A stretch of 64,000 bases of DNA from positions 33,143-97,142 of the forward strand of contig CAYXGG010000005.1 in NCBI GenBank assembly GCA_964464475.1. The letters run 5' to 3'. Below the pieces are notes generated by a model. That model saw only the letters and a list, made by a program, of their open reading frames with translations. It was not told the DNA's origin and did not search any database. Source of the stretch: an uncultured Planctomycetales bacterium (GTDB lineage Bacteria; Omnitrophota; Gorgyraeia; Zapsychrales; JAHFFX01). Below are positions 1-8,884 of the stretch, in pieces. Position numbers and translations under genes: made by a program. Position 1 is the stretch's first letter. Every line of letters starts with the position of its first letter.

Positions 1-609
1 AATGCCTTCTTGAGTCAGGATGGGGGCCAGGATAAAGTGTTCGACGTCAAATAATTGAGAAAGTCGATCTTTGCGTTGCTTAGGCGAACTCGCGGAAGAA
101 AAAGTATGTCCTTCTCTTAAAGCGGTACTTAGATTGCGATCCTTTTCCATCTGAGAAAGAATGTAGATGATTTCTTCTTTAGAAAATCCTGACTCAACGC
201 GACAATGCAGTTTTTTGTCGGCGTCGTACATCAGGATCAGGTTTTTCTCAAATCCTAATTCATTCATCAAGGGCTGGTCCAAGCGACGGAAAATCTCTTC
301 CTCATCGAGCGTGGTGGAGATGAGACGGGAGGTTTTTTGTAAGGCGTTAAGCCCATTAAGACGGCGATCGAGTTCTTCCTGAGCTTTGTTTAATTCTAAG
401 TCGGTTTTGACAATAAGTTTGGCCTGCTCATCGAGATCGTTAAATGAGCGGGTCATCTTTTGTACGGCGCGTTTGAGTTCGTTGACTTGCTCATTTTTGA
501 AAATAAGCAGGAAGATCAGCGTTCCGATCGTCACAAATAAAATAACACCCACAATGCTAAGTAGGTTAAAGACGTTGGACTTATCGAATAATTGCGTCAG
601 GACTTCCAT
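1..609 (-). CDS. Partial signal-transduction protein. The N-terminus has a TM helix, a coiled-coil and a GAF-like sensory domain. The C-terminus lies beyond the window edge.
   Basis: Reverse-strand reading frame is open from the ATG at 609-607 to the window start. The translation begins MEVLTQLFDKSNVFNLLSIVGVILFVTIGTLIFLL, a TM helix, followed by a coiled-coil and a GAF-like segment. The plus-strand ORFs 167-382 and 386-613 are its antisense shadow. Confidence 0.45.
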   Translation of the reverse strand, partial: MEVLTQLFDKSNVFNLLSIVGVILFVTIGTLIFLLIFKNEQVNELKRAVQKMTRSFNDLDEQAKLIVKTDLELNKAQEELDRRLNGLNALQKTSRLISTTLDEEEIFRRLDQPLMNELGFEKNLILMYDADKKLHCRVESGFSKEEIIYILSQMEKDRNLSTALREGHTFSSASSPKQRKDRLSQLFDVEHFILAPILTQEGI

Positions 610-1794
610 TTAGCCAATCCCTAGGATAACAATACTTTTGTTTTGTAACAAAACTTTACGCGTATTGTCGGCGTTGATCATGGGGGCGACCTCTCCGTGA
701 CAATACATGCCAAAAATGGGCACTTCATAACCCAGGATATTCTTGATGGCTTGGATTTCCTGGTGAGCGCTGCGTCCTAAAAGTTTGTGGCGCCCTAATG
801 ATTCAAAGATTAATAATAATTTTGGCTCCCGGTCGCCGAGCTGCTCTTTGACTTGTTGGGCGGCCAAGATGGCCGCCTGTCGACAGGCATCTTTATTGCT
901 GATCATTATATGAACTTCGCTGTCTTCTGGGATTTCTCCCTGGCAAGTCAGGCTCCCATCGCTTCCGACACCGATCGGGTTTTTAATAAGATAATGCCTT
1001 TCTTCCGGTAGTGCAATACCTAAAGGATAAAGAATGGCGAGCTGATCAATTAACGTGGTCGGCAATTGCTGCTGCGCGCCAAAAAAATCTTCGTAGATGG
1101 CGACGGCTTTTTTTTGGTCGATGCTTTTTATGATATTGCCGCTGGCTTCGGTAATAAAGCGGGGTTTGCCTAAAGGTTTCCAACCGTGCTGGAAACCGAC
1201 CGCGCAGCGAAAGTTCCCACCGAGCATGAGGCCGACGGCGGAATCGTTGGCGAATTTATCTTGGTGATATTGCCAGGTTTTGCGAAAATGAAAATCGTCA
1301 CTACTGCCGGCGCCAACGACGGGAAAAACATTGCCCATCATTTCCTGCATGCCTTTGACGAACGCGGCGTTCTCCGCCATCAGCCCGTCCATAAAAAAGA
1401 GCATGAGATTACGACGGTATTGGCCGAAGTCATTTAGGATGGAACGTGTTAGCGCGATTCCCGCTTGGCGTCCATCCTGGCTAGAAAGATTGGCAATCGA
1501 GCCTGTGCCAAAATGGAGTTCATCGGAAGAGATGGCCAAGACGCCCACGCCCCGCAAGGAAACTAGTTCTGAAAGAATAACCCCTGCGGTGGAGCTCCCA
1601 ATGAGCCGGTCCGTGGCCAGAGTTTTGCGAACAGTCAGTAAGGTCTCCAGGGGACTATAGTGGATAGTATTGAAAACGATGGCGAGATCAATTTTGTCGG
1701 ACTGGAGTTGTTCCTGCGCTTGCTGGGCGGCCTGTTGGGCGGCTTGAGCTGCGGAGCCGTCCTGACTAAAGCCGATTCCGATACTGGTAGGCAC
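610..1794 (-). CDS. FIST-domain sensory protein (FIST_N and FIST_C)
   Basis: 394-aa ORF. Its domain organisation and conserved Gly-rich segments are typical of FIST sensory proteins. It is translationally coupled to the downstream GAF gene: stop at 612-610, next start at 609. Confidence 0.6.
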   Translation of the reverse strand: MPTSIGIGFSQDGSAAQAAQQAAQQAQEQLQSDKIDLAIVFNTIHYSPLETLLTVRKTLATDRLIGSSTAGVILSELVSLRGVGVLAISSDELHFGTGSIANLSSQDGRQAGIALTRSILNDFGQYRRNLMLFFMDGLMAENAAFVKGMQEMMGNVFPVVGAGSSDDFHFRKTWQYHQDKFANDSAVGLMLGGNFRCAVGFQHGWKPLGKPRFITEASGNIIKSIDQKKAVAIYEDFFGAQQQLPTTLIDQLAILYPLGIALPEERHYLIKNPIGVGSDGSLTCQGEIPEDSEVHIMISNKDACRQAAILAAQQVKEQLGDREPKLLLIFESLGRHKLLGRSAHQEIQAIKNILGYEVPIFGMYCHGEVAPMINADNTRKVLLQNKSIVILGIG

Positions 1795-2025
1795 TGATTA
1801 TCTCCTTTGCGGTGCAGGACTTGTTTCTTTTGGGAAGAGAAAACTTTTGTATTTTAGTGAGCCAGGAGAGTGGTGTCAAATATTTTATTGATTCCGAGGA
1901 GGATTGTGTTATTATTGGGGCGAATTTTTTGTTTAAAGTTTATCCTCATTTCCAAAAGTTCCTCCCCCGCAGCTTTCTTGGGAAACCATGAAGCGGGGTC
2001 GGAATCGAATTTACGAAGTAAATTC

Positions 2026-2099
2026 GGCCCCATCGTCTAGCCTGGTTAGGACACCTGCTTCTCAGGCAGGGAACACCGGTTCAAATCCGGTTGGGGCTA
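2026..2099 (+). tRNA. tRNA-Glu (anticodon CTC)
   Basis: Cloverleaf drawn by hand. Acceptor is GGCCCCA/TGGGGCT. Anticodon stem is CCTGC/GCAGG with loop TTCTCAG, giving anticodon CUC. T-arm is ACCGG-TTCAAAT-CCGGT. No CCA is encoded. Confidence 0.8.
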
Positions 2100-2103
2100 T
2101 TCT

Positions 2104-2142
2104 ACTTCGCCCCACAACTCAAACCTTCGGTTTGGTTGGGGG
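2104..2142 (+). repeat. Left copy of a roughly 40-bp direct repeat 'cttcgccccacaactcaaaccttcggtttggttgggggc'. It contains a hairpin.
   Basis: Identical 39-nt string at 2104-2142 and 2523-2561. Similarity extends about 6 nt further upstream. The two copies flank the GIY-YIG ORF. Confidence 0.85.
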
Positions 2143-2264
2143 CTTCGTAGGAATAAATTTTGGCGAAGTAGAATAGTTCCTGCGAAGCTCAAACACGAAA
2201 GTATTTGAGCGTAGCAGAACTAAACGGTTCTCCCTCCGAGGTCAATTTTTACCGGGGGAATCGT

Positions 2265-2507
2265 ATGTACATTGTGTATATTCTAATCAGTCAAAAAGAT
2301 CCGCAGCGATATTATATCGGATTTACTCAGAACCTTAATCAAAGAGTTATCGATCATAATTTAAGGAAATCGTGGTATTCAAAGCGTTATTCTCCTTGGA
2401 AATTAAATAGCTGGGTTGTTTTCGAGAATCATTCTAAAGCGCTTGAGTTCGAAAAGTATTTAAAAAGTGGTTCTGGATTCGCCTTTCTTAAAAAAAGACT
2501 AATCTGA
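2265..2507 (+). CDS. GIY-YIG nuclease family protein (UPF0213/YhbQ-like)
   Basis: Translation is MYIVYILISQKDPQRYYIGFTQNLNQRVIDHN, which matches the GIY-YIG core (YIVY...YYIG...R...H/N). A GGGGGAA RBS sits before the ATG at 2265. The ORF frame opens at 2205. Confidence 0.65.
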   Translation: MYIVYILISQKDPQRYYIGFTQNLNQRVIDHNLRKSWYSKRYSPWKLNSWVVFENHSKALEFEKYLKSGSGFAFLKKRLI

Positions 2508-2522
2508 CAAAGCAGGATTCAC

Positions 2523-2561
2523 CTTCGCCCCACAACTCAAACCTTCGGTTTGGTTGGGGGC
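2523..2561 (+). repeat. Right copy of the roughly 40-bp direct repeat. Its hairpin plus T-run looks like a terminator.
   Basis: Same 39 nt as 2104-2142. It is followed by 'atttttttta', giving a GGTTTGG...CCAAACC-type stem with a T-tract. Confidence 0.8.
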
Positions 2562-2664
2562 ATTTTTTTAGCAATCCACCAAAATTTATCAAAAAGAGCT
2601 TCAAAGATTTGTTATTTCCTTTCTTGATTGCTGCGCAAATCTCCGTACAATAAATTGTTTTTGA

Positions 2665-3642
2665 ATGCCTTTTGAATTCTGTGGAGATTTTGGTTTGTTA
2701 CTGACGGCTTCAGTGTTCGCACATTTGTTAATTCCGGGGAAAATGCGTCGGCCCCTAAAAGTGGCTGAGGAGTTCGGATCGGGTGGGCCACTTCATGTGG
2801 AAATTGGTTTTGGCATGGGCGAAATTTTGGCCCAAGAAGCGCGCTTGTTTCCAAAACAAAATTACCTGGGCATCGATTTGCACGGTAAGCGCACGCGCAA
2901 GGTTCTTAAAAAATTACTTAGGGAAAATATTCAGAATGTGCGCTTGGTGCAGGAAGATGCTTGGGTGGTTTTTAGGCATCTGCTGTCTGCCCGAAGCGTG
3001 CAGTCCTGCTGGAGTTATTTTCCTTGCCCCTGGCCGAAGCGGGCGCATAGCAAACACCGGCTTTTCTCGACGGAATTTCTGAAGTTGTTGAATAGCCGTT
3101 TGGTGGAACAAGGAGAGTTTCGATTAGTGACGGATTTTGTTCCGTTTCGTGATTGGATCCTTGAGCAAATTCCGGGGACGGGATTTCATTTTCAGACACA
3201 GGTGATCCCCCCGCAGTTCGATACTAAATTTGAGCGTAAATGGCGGGGATTAGGGCAGAACGAGTTTTATGAAATTTGCTTGCGCAAGCAAGAACACATT
3301 CCTTGGGAATGGATTGAGGATACCGCGGTGCAACATCTTTATGTAGATAAGTTTGATCCGACTAAGTTTGAGTTTTCAGATATCAACGCGCTTCCCGCCT
3401 TTATCCAGAAAGATTATTGGCATGACCCGCTTAAGAAACGATCCGCGGTGCATTTGCTGATTGCTGAAGATCAGTTAACGCAACATCTTTGGGTTGAAAT
3501 TAAATTCTTTGATGGTCGATGGCAGATTTACCCTCTGGAAGGGCAAGTATATCTTCCCACCCGCGGCATTCAGCGGGCACTCGAATTGGTGCAGGAAGCC
3601 TGCGCGCAAACCAACCGTGAGTCAAATGCCCCCTCTGTTTAA
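2665..3642 (+). CDS. trmB: tRNA (guanine46-N7)-methyltransferase TrmB with a C-terminal extension of about 100 aa
   Basis: Motifs EIGFGMGE (SAM binding) and SCWSYFPCPWPKRAHSKHRLFSTEFL (TrmB signature, cf. FPDPWxKxRHxKRR). The real start may be the internal Met at 2743. Confidence 0.7.
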   Translation: MPFEFCGDFGLLLTASVFAHLLIPGKMRRPLKVAEEFGSGGPLHVEIGFGMGEILAQEARLFPKQNYLGIDLHGKRTRKVLKKLLRENIQNVRLVQEDAWVVFRHLLSARSVQSCWSYFPCPWPKRAHSKHRLFSTEFLKLLNSRLVEQGEFRLVTDFVPFRDWILEQIPGTGFHFQTQVIPPQFDTKFERKWRGLGQNEFYEICLRKQEHIPWEWIEDTAVQHLYVDKFDPTKFEFSDINALPAFIQKDYWHDPLKKRSAVHLLIAEDQLTQHLWVEIKFFDGRWQIYPLEGQVYLPTRGIQRALELVQEACAQTNRESNAPSV

Positions 3643-4465
3643 TAAAACAATTTTAGTCGCGTTTTCGGTCGTTGTGGCGATTCATGCGTTGTCTCCGGCA
3701 GCGCTGGCGGCTAAGAAAAAGAAATCTCGCAGTACGAGTGTGTCGGCCCGCTCCGCTATTCTTTCCGATGCCACTAAACAAAAAAGATTGTATGGCAAGA
3801 ATGTGCATCAGCGCGTTAAGCCCGCTAGCACGACGAAAGTGATGACCGCGCTTTTGGTGCTGGAACATTTGAATTTAGATGATTCGGTGACGGTGAGCAA
3901 AGCTGCCACGTATGTTCAACCCAGTAAAATTAACCTTGTTCAAGGAGAGGTTTTTAGCGTTGAGGATCTGCTGTACGCGATTCTTCTTAATTCGGCCAAT
4001 GATGCTAGCGTTGTTTTGGCGGAAGCGGTGGCCGGATCAGAAGCAAAATTTGTGGCGTTGATGAACAAACGGGCGCGAGAACTAGGCGCAAAGAATACGA
4101 ATTTCGTAAACTCCAACGGTTTGCCGAGTAAACAATCTCAATACACGTCTGCTTATGACATGTATCTGATTTTTCGGCAAGCGCTTAACCACGATTTCTT
4201 TCGCCAGGCTGTACAGTTGAAGACGAAAACTATTGCCAGCGGGGATGGTCGCACGGTTTATTTAAAAAGTCATAATAAAATGTTGTTTACTAAATGGGGG
4301 AACCGGATTTTTGGGAAAACCGGTTACACGCGGGCGGCCCAGGCTTGTTTTGTGGGGTTTATTCAAAAAGGAAAATCTGTCCTGATTGTGGCAGTTTTTG
4401 GTTGCAGTCGCCGCTGGGAAGACATCCGGCATATTGTTAGAAACTACGGAGGCATAGCGCTTTAG
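3626..4465 (+). CDS. dac: D-alanyl-D-alanine carboxypeptidase, a low-molecular-weight PBP of the PBP5/6 (S11) family
   Basis: Signal peptide MPPLFNKTILVAFSVVVAIHALSPAALAA. SxxK motif in PASTTKVMTA, SxN in NSANDA, and a KTG motif in GKTGYT. It overlaps the trmB 3' end. Confidence 0.75.
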   Translation: MPPLFNKTILVAFSVVVAIHALSPAALAAKKKKSRSTSVSARSAILSDATKQKRLYGKNVHQRVKPASTTKVMTALLVLEHLNLDDSVTVSKAATYVQPSKINLVQGEVFSVEDLLYAILLNSANDASVVLAEAVAGSEAKFVALMNKRARELGAKNTNFVNSNGLPSKQSQYTSAYDMYLIFRQALNHDFFRQAVQLKTKTIASGDGRTVYLKSHNKMLFTKWGNRIFGKTGYTRAAQACFVGFIQKGKSVLIVAVFGCSRRWEDIRHIVRNYGGIAL

Positions 4466-4576
4466 GGCGGACCATCTGTCTTCGCGAAACAAGAAAAGCC
4501 ATTGCAATGTGTTCGGGTTTTCAGTAGAATGGCGCCAGTTGTGTGAGCTAAAAGGCTGTTAGGGCGAAAATATTTC

Positions 4577-4771
4577 ATGGATAACTTAGCGAAAGCCCTT
4601 ACGTTATTATTTATCGCGGCTGGTTTCGCGATTTTTGTTTTAGTGTTACTGTTTAAGTTGGACGTGGTTTCCAAAAAAGCCGAAGCCGAAGTCCAAGAGT
4701 CATCTTCAGAAGCCATTTGGGAAGCGCATCTTTATCACCAGGCCATTGAGGGGGCCATGAAGGCCAAATAG
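4577..4771 (+). CDS. Small single-pass membrane protein (hypothetical)
   Basis: 64-aa ORF with one TM helix, LTLLFIAAGFAIFVLVLLF. No recognisable family. Confidence 0.3.
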   Translation: MDNLAKALTLLFIAAGFAIFVLVLLFKLDVVSKKAEAEVQESSSEAIWEAHLYHQAIEGAMKAK

Positions 4772-4799
4772 AGAGTTATAGTTCAAGAAAGGACGCACT

Positions 4800-5615
4800 A
4801 TGAAAAATACTGTTTCTTTGATTGTAATCGTTGCGGTGGCTATTGCCATCGGCGTGGCGTTGGCGGTTCAGCTAAATCAGGCACCCATGGTGGCCCAACA
4901 GCTGGGTATGATCATTGAATCGCAAGCGAAGATTGATCAAAAAATGACTTCTATTGAAGAGCAGCAGAAAAAAATGTTGGAAATTTTTGAAAGTGCCAAA
5001 AAGTCCGCTGAGCGCTTTGCTCAGCAAGGAGGAGCGGGTGGTCAGCAAGCCCAGCGACAAATGCCACCGCCGGAAGATTTGAATAAAGTTTATGATATTC
5101 CCGTTGGGGCTTCTTATATACGCGGTAACCCCGAAGCAAAAGTTACTATCGTTCAGTTTACGGATATCCAGTGCCCATTCTGTCAAAGATTTTACACACC
5201 CATTTTGGAAGTGCTTAAAGCTTATCCTAATGACGTAAAGTTTATCGTTAAGAATTTTCCATTGAGTTTTCATCCCAGCGCCCGACCGGCTGCGAAAGCC
5301 GCGTTGGCTGCCGGTGAGCAGGGTAAGTATTGGGAAATGATGGATTTGTTGTTAGAGGCGGGTCAGCAGTTGACCGATGAGAATTATAAGACATTGGCTG
5401 GGAAAATAGGGATCAGTGTGGAGCAATTTACCGCTGATTTAAAGAATAATGACGCGAAGTACGAAAAAATCATTAATGATGATTTGCAGCTTGGGTCTTC
5501 GGTGGATGTTCGTGGAACCCCCGCCTTCTATTTGAATGGCAAGAAAACCAACGCACGTGAATTTTCCATGTATAAACAGGAAATTGACGCAATTTTGGGG
5601 AAAGCCGGCCAATAA
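4800..5615 (+). CDS. DsbA-family thiol:disulfide oxidoreductase, membrane-anchored with a thioredoxin fold
   Basis: N-terminal TM/signal anchor. CPFC active-site motif in FTDIQCPFCQRF. cis-Pro region VRGTPAFYLNG. Confidence 0.75.
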   Translation: MKNTVSLIVIVAVAIAIGVALAVQLNQAPMVAQQLGMIIESQAKIDQKMTSIEEQQKKMLEIFESAKKSAERFAQQGGAGGQQAQRQMPPPEDLNKVYDIPVGASYIRGNPEAKVTIVQFTDIQCPFCQRFYTPILEVLKAYPNDVKFIVKNFPLSFHPSARPAAKAALAAGEQGKYWEMMDLLLEAGQQLTDENYKTLAGKIGISVEQFTADLKNNDAKYEKIINDDLQLGSSVDVRGTPAFYLNGKKTNAREFSMYKQEIDAILGKAGQ

Positions 5616-5711
5616 GAGGTGCTGGTAAATTTTAGTTGCATTTTTTCCGTCTCAAGAGTAGCATAAGGCCTTTGTTTCTTAGGGCAAAAGTAGTATTTAA
5701 GGGAGGTTAGC

Positions 5712-5984
5712 ATGACCAAAGTCGGCGGTACAACAAAAAAATATTACAAAGAGACCCGGGGCATGAAAGTCTCTGGCGGCCAGAAAGTCAAAGCAGGTAC
5801 GATGTTGACCCGAGAAGGTCATCGTTGGCAACCGGGCTTGAACGTAATCGGCCGCACGCACCTGACGGCGGGCTGTGACGGGGAAGTTTATTTTACTCGT
5901 AAACGCAGCAATTATCGTCGGGGTATTACCTTGATTAATGTCCGGCCTGAGGGCACGGATACTAAAGTTAAGAAAACCAAGTAA
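5712..5984 (+). CDS. rpmA: 50S ribosomal protein L27
   Basis: The segment AGTMLTREGHRWQPGLNVIGRTHLTAGCDGEVYF aligns with the L27 core ([28 protein letters not shown].F). GGGAGG RBS. No rplU is adjacent. Confidence 0.6.
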   Translation: MTKVGGTTKKYYKETRGMKVSGGQKVKAGTMLTREGHRWQPGLNVIGRTHLTAGCDGEVYFTRKRSNYRRGITLINVRPEGTDTKVKKTK

Positions 5985-5999
5985 GCATCCTACCTTTCC

Positions 6000-7832
6000 A
6001 TGTGCGGTATCATCGGATACGTTGGTCATAAGCAAGCGGTTCCGATTCTCATCGAGGGCCTGAAAAAGCTTGAGTACCGAGGATATGACTCCAGCGGCGT
6101 TGGAGTCATATCTTTAGGTCAGGCCAAGATCGATGTGCGCAAAATGGAAGGCAAAATTCATAATCTGCAGGAATTAATCAAAACTCATTCCTTGCCGGAC
6201 GCCACGATCGGCATTTCGCATACCCGCTGGGCCACTCACGGGGTTCCCAATCGCGTTAATTCCCATCCTCATGGAGACAGCCAAGGAAAGATTTTGGTTG
6301 TGCATAACGGCATTATTGAGAATTATCAAGAACTACGTTCGTATTTGGAGAATAAAGGGGTTAAGTTCCTTTCCCAAACGGACACAGAAGTTGTGCCGCA
6401 TTTGATTGCTGCTTTTTACCAGGGAGATTTCCTGGCTGCCGTCCTGAAAGCGATTCAGCAGCTAAAGGGAGCTTTTGCTTTGGGGATCATTCACCGTGAC
6501 CATCCGGATACATTGATCGCAGCGCGCGTGGGCTCACCGTTAATTATCGGTATTGGAAAGGATGAGAATTTTATCGCGTCGGATGTCCCGGCCATTTTGG
6601 ATAAAACCAAGAAGGTCATTTATCTTAAAGATAATCAGTTGGCCGTCATCTCTCGTAAAGCGGTTAAAGTCTATGCTTTTACGGGGAAGGCTGTGCCGGC
6701 TAAAGTAGACACGGTTTCCTTTACCGTCGGATCGGTTCACAAAGATGGTTATCCGCACTTCATGCTCAAAGAAATTCATGAGCAGCCCAAAGTTTTGAAT
6801 CACATGTTTTCCAACCGGATGAAGGGCAACAATATTCATCTTGAGGGTTTAAATCTTAAAGAAGCGGACATTAAGAAAATTAAGCAAATTATGGTTGTGG
6901 GTTGTGGAACGGCTTACCACGCGGGGATGGTCGGGAAGTATATTATTGAACGCTTGGCGCGCTTGCCGGTTTTGACGGATGTTTCCAGTGAGTTTCGTTA
7001 TCGCGATCCGATTATTGATAAATCTACGTTGATTTTGGCGATTAGTCAAAGCGGGGAGACCGCGGATACCCTGGCGGCGGTCAAAGAGGCCAAAGCGATG
7101 GGTGCCAAAGTCATCTCAATTTGTAATGTGATGGGATCATCGCTAGCGCGGGAATCACACGGCATTCTGTATACGCATGCGGGTCCGGAAATGGGCGTGG
7201 CTTCTACGAAAGCTTATACCGCTCAGTTGGCGATGTTATATTTACTGGCCATCAAATTAGCGGCGATGCGTAAGGTTTTTTCGCGAGGACATTTGCAGAA
7301 GATTATTAAGGATCTCAAACATATCCCGGCTTTGTATCAGCAAATTTTACATCATACGCACACCATTTCTAAGATTGGCCATGATAACGCGCATTTTGGG
7401 TGCTTCTTATTTTTGGGGCGGAATATTAATTATCCTTCTGCTCTCGAGGGGGCCTTGAAATTAAAAGAGATTTCGTATATTCCCGCAGAGGGTTATGCCG
7501 CTGGAGAAATGAAGCATGGACCAATCGCGCTCATTGATGAGTATCGAGCCGTGGTCTGTATCGCTCCGCAATCGGAAACTTATGAGAAGATGGTTTCCAA
7601 CATGCAAGAAATCAAATCCCGCAAAGGGAATATCATCGCTATTGCTACCGAAGGTGATGCTGAAATCAAGAATCATTCCCACCACGTTATTTATATTCCG
7701 AAGACTAACCCCATATTGACTCCATTGTTGGTGGCGTTGCCTTTACAATTGATCGCGTACGCCATTTCCACTAAACGTGGTTGTGATGTTGATCAACCTC
7801 GTAATTTAGCCAAATCGGTCACGGTTGAATAA
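6000..7832 (+). CDS. glmS: Glutamine--fructose-6-phosphate aminotransferase (isomerizing)
   Basis: MCGIIGYVGH Ntn-amidotransferase N-terminus. Two SIS domains. C-terminal ...GCDVDQPRNLAKSVTVE. 610 aa. Confidence 0.95.
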   Translation: MCGIIGYVGHKQAVPILIEGLKKLEYRGYDSSGVGVISLGQAKIDVRKMEGKIHNLQELIKTHSLPDATIGISHTRWATHGVPNRVNSHPHGDSQGKILVVHNGIIENYQELRSYLENKGVKFLSQTDTEVVPHLIAAFYQGDFLAAVLKAIQQLKGAFALGIIHRDHPDTLIAARVGSPLIIGIGKDENFIASDVPAILDKTKKVIYLKDNQLAVISRKAVKVYAFTGKAVPAKVDTVSFTVGSVHKDGYPHFMLKEIHEQPKVLNHMFSNRMKGNNIHLEGLNLKEADIKKIKQIMVVGCGTAYHAGMVGKYIIERLARLPVLTDVSSEFRYRDPIIDKSTLILAISQSGETADTLAAVKEAKAMGAKVISICNVMGSSLARESHGILYTHAGPEMGVASTKAYTAQLAMLYLLAIKLAAMRKVFSRGHLQKIIKDLKHIPALYQQILHHTHTISKIGHDNAHFGCFLFLGRNINYPSALEGALKLKEISYIPAEGYAAGEMKHGPIALIDEYRAVVCIAPQSETYEKMVSNMQEIKSRKGNIIAIATEGDAEIKNHSHHVIYIPKTNPILTPLLVALPLQLIAYAISTKRGCDVDQPRNLAKSVTVE

Positions 7833-8044
7833 TTTGTGTTAAGTATAAAGAGTCAAGAGTTAAGGCTCGTCGCGATGAAGAGCTTATTGAGCTTTGCCCC
7901 CCACTCTCCTTTAAGGGTAGCCCTAAGCAAAGCTCTATACAAGTACGGCTTTGGCCGTACAGTACTGGGCCTTTGGCCCACGTATTGGCTACTGCAATAC
8001 CGTTTTGTCCAGGAAAACGGCAATAACACGTAACGCGTTTCCTT

Positions 8045-8731
8045 ATGCTTTACATTGTCTCCACTCCTATCGGTAATTTAAAAGACATTACGCTTCGCGC
8101 GTTGGAAGTCCTAAAAGACGTCGACCTTATCGCTGCCGAAGATACCCGCCACACTAAAAATCTTCTCAATCATTATTCCATTACGACTCCGCTGACCAGT
8201 TATTTTGAACATAATCAGGTTAAGAAATCCGATTATTTGCTTTCTTTATTACAAGAAGGAAAGAATATTGCGCTGGTGACGGACGCGGGCACTCCCGGCA
8301 TTAGTGACCCGGGTTTTTTGCTGATTCGTTTGGCGAAAGCTAATCAGATCCCGGTGACTGTTGTTCCTGGACCCACGGCGTGTATCGCCGCTTTGTCCCT
8401 CTCTGGCCTGCCTGCGCATGATTTTGTTTTTGAAGGTTTTCTACCGGTGAAATCTGCCGCGCGGCAGAAAAAATTGTTATCTCTTAAAGACGAGTTACGT
8501 ACAATTATTTTTTATGAGTCGCCGCATCGCTTGGTTAAGGCGCTAAAAGACATGGAAGTTGTTTGGGGTAACCCTGCGGTGACGGTCATTCGGGAGTTGA
8601 CCAAAAAGTTTGAAGAGGTTTTAGAAGGTGAAGCAAGTCAGCTTGTGGAATTTTTCTTAAAGAAGCCCCCGAAGGGTGAATTCGTGATTCTGGTTAATTT
8701 TTCTAACGGCAAAAGAGCTCTTCAGGAATAA
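8045..8731 (+). CDS. rsmI: 16S rRNA (cytidine1402-2'-O)-methyltransferase
   Basis: MLYIVSTPIGNLKDITLRALEVLKDVDLIAAEDTRHTKNLL is the tetrapyrrole-methylase-fold RsmI signature. Confidence 0.85.
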   Translation: MLYIVSTPIGNLKDITLRALEVLKDVDLIAAEDTRHTKNLLNHYSITTPLTSYFEHNQVKKSDYLLSLLQEGKNIALVTDAGTPGISDPGFLLIRLAKANQIPVTVVPGPTACIAALSLSGLPAHDFVFEGFLPVKSAARQKKLLSLKDELRTIIFYESPHRLVKALKDMEVVWGNPAVTVIRELTKKFEEVLEGEASQLVEFFLKKPPKGEFVILVNFSNGKRALQE

Positions 8732-8884
8732 TTACTGGCCTTTTCTCATCCAACAATGGTAAGGAAGCCAGCCCGCCTGCCGGACGGACAGGTATTAGAC
8801 CTTTCTTCTCTTAGAGAAAAGGCGGTACCTGCCTCGCCGGTAGGCGAGTTGACTACCTTAAATTCATCATTGGAAGTAGAAAGG

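Noticed and set aside
167-613. Plus-strand ORFs 167-382 and 386-613
   Set aside because: They lie antisense to a continuous open minus-strand frame encoding a TM/coiled-coil/GAF protein that is translationally coupled to the FIST gene. The plus-strand products are low-complexity with no motifs.
4872-5273. Minus-strand ORFs inside the dsbA-like gene (4872-5273, 4951-5139)
   Set aside because: They overlap a well-supported thioredoxin-fold CDS on the other strand.
7833-8044. 212-bp intergenic region after glmS (ORF 7836-8033) as a glmS ribozyme or small RNA
   Set aside because: The glmS ribozyme lies 5' of glmS, not 3', and only 15 bp separate rpmA from glmS. The 65-aa ORF has no features. 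There are only weak hairpins, so I left it unannotated.
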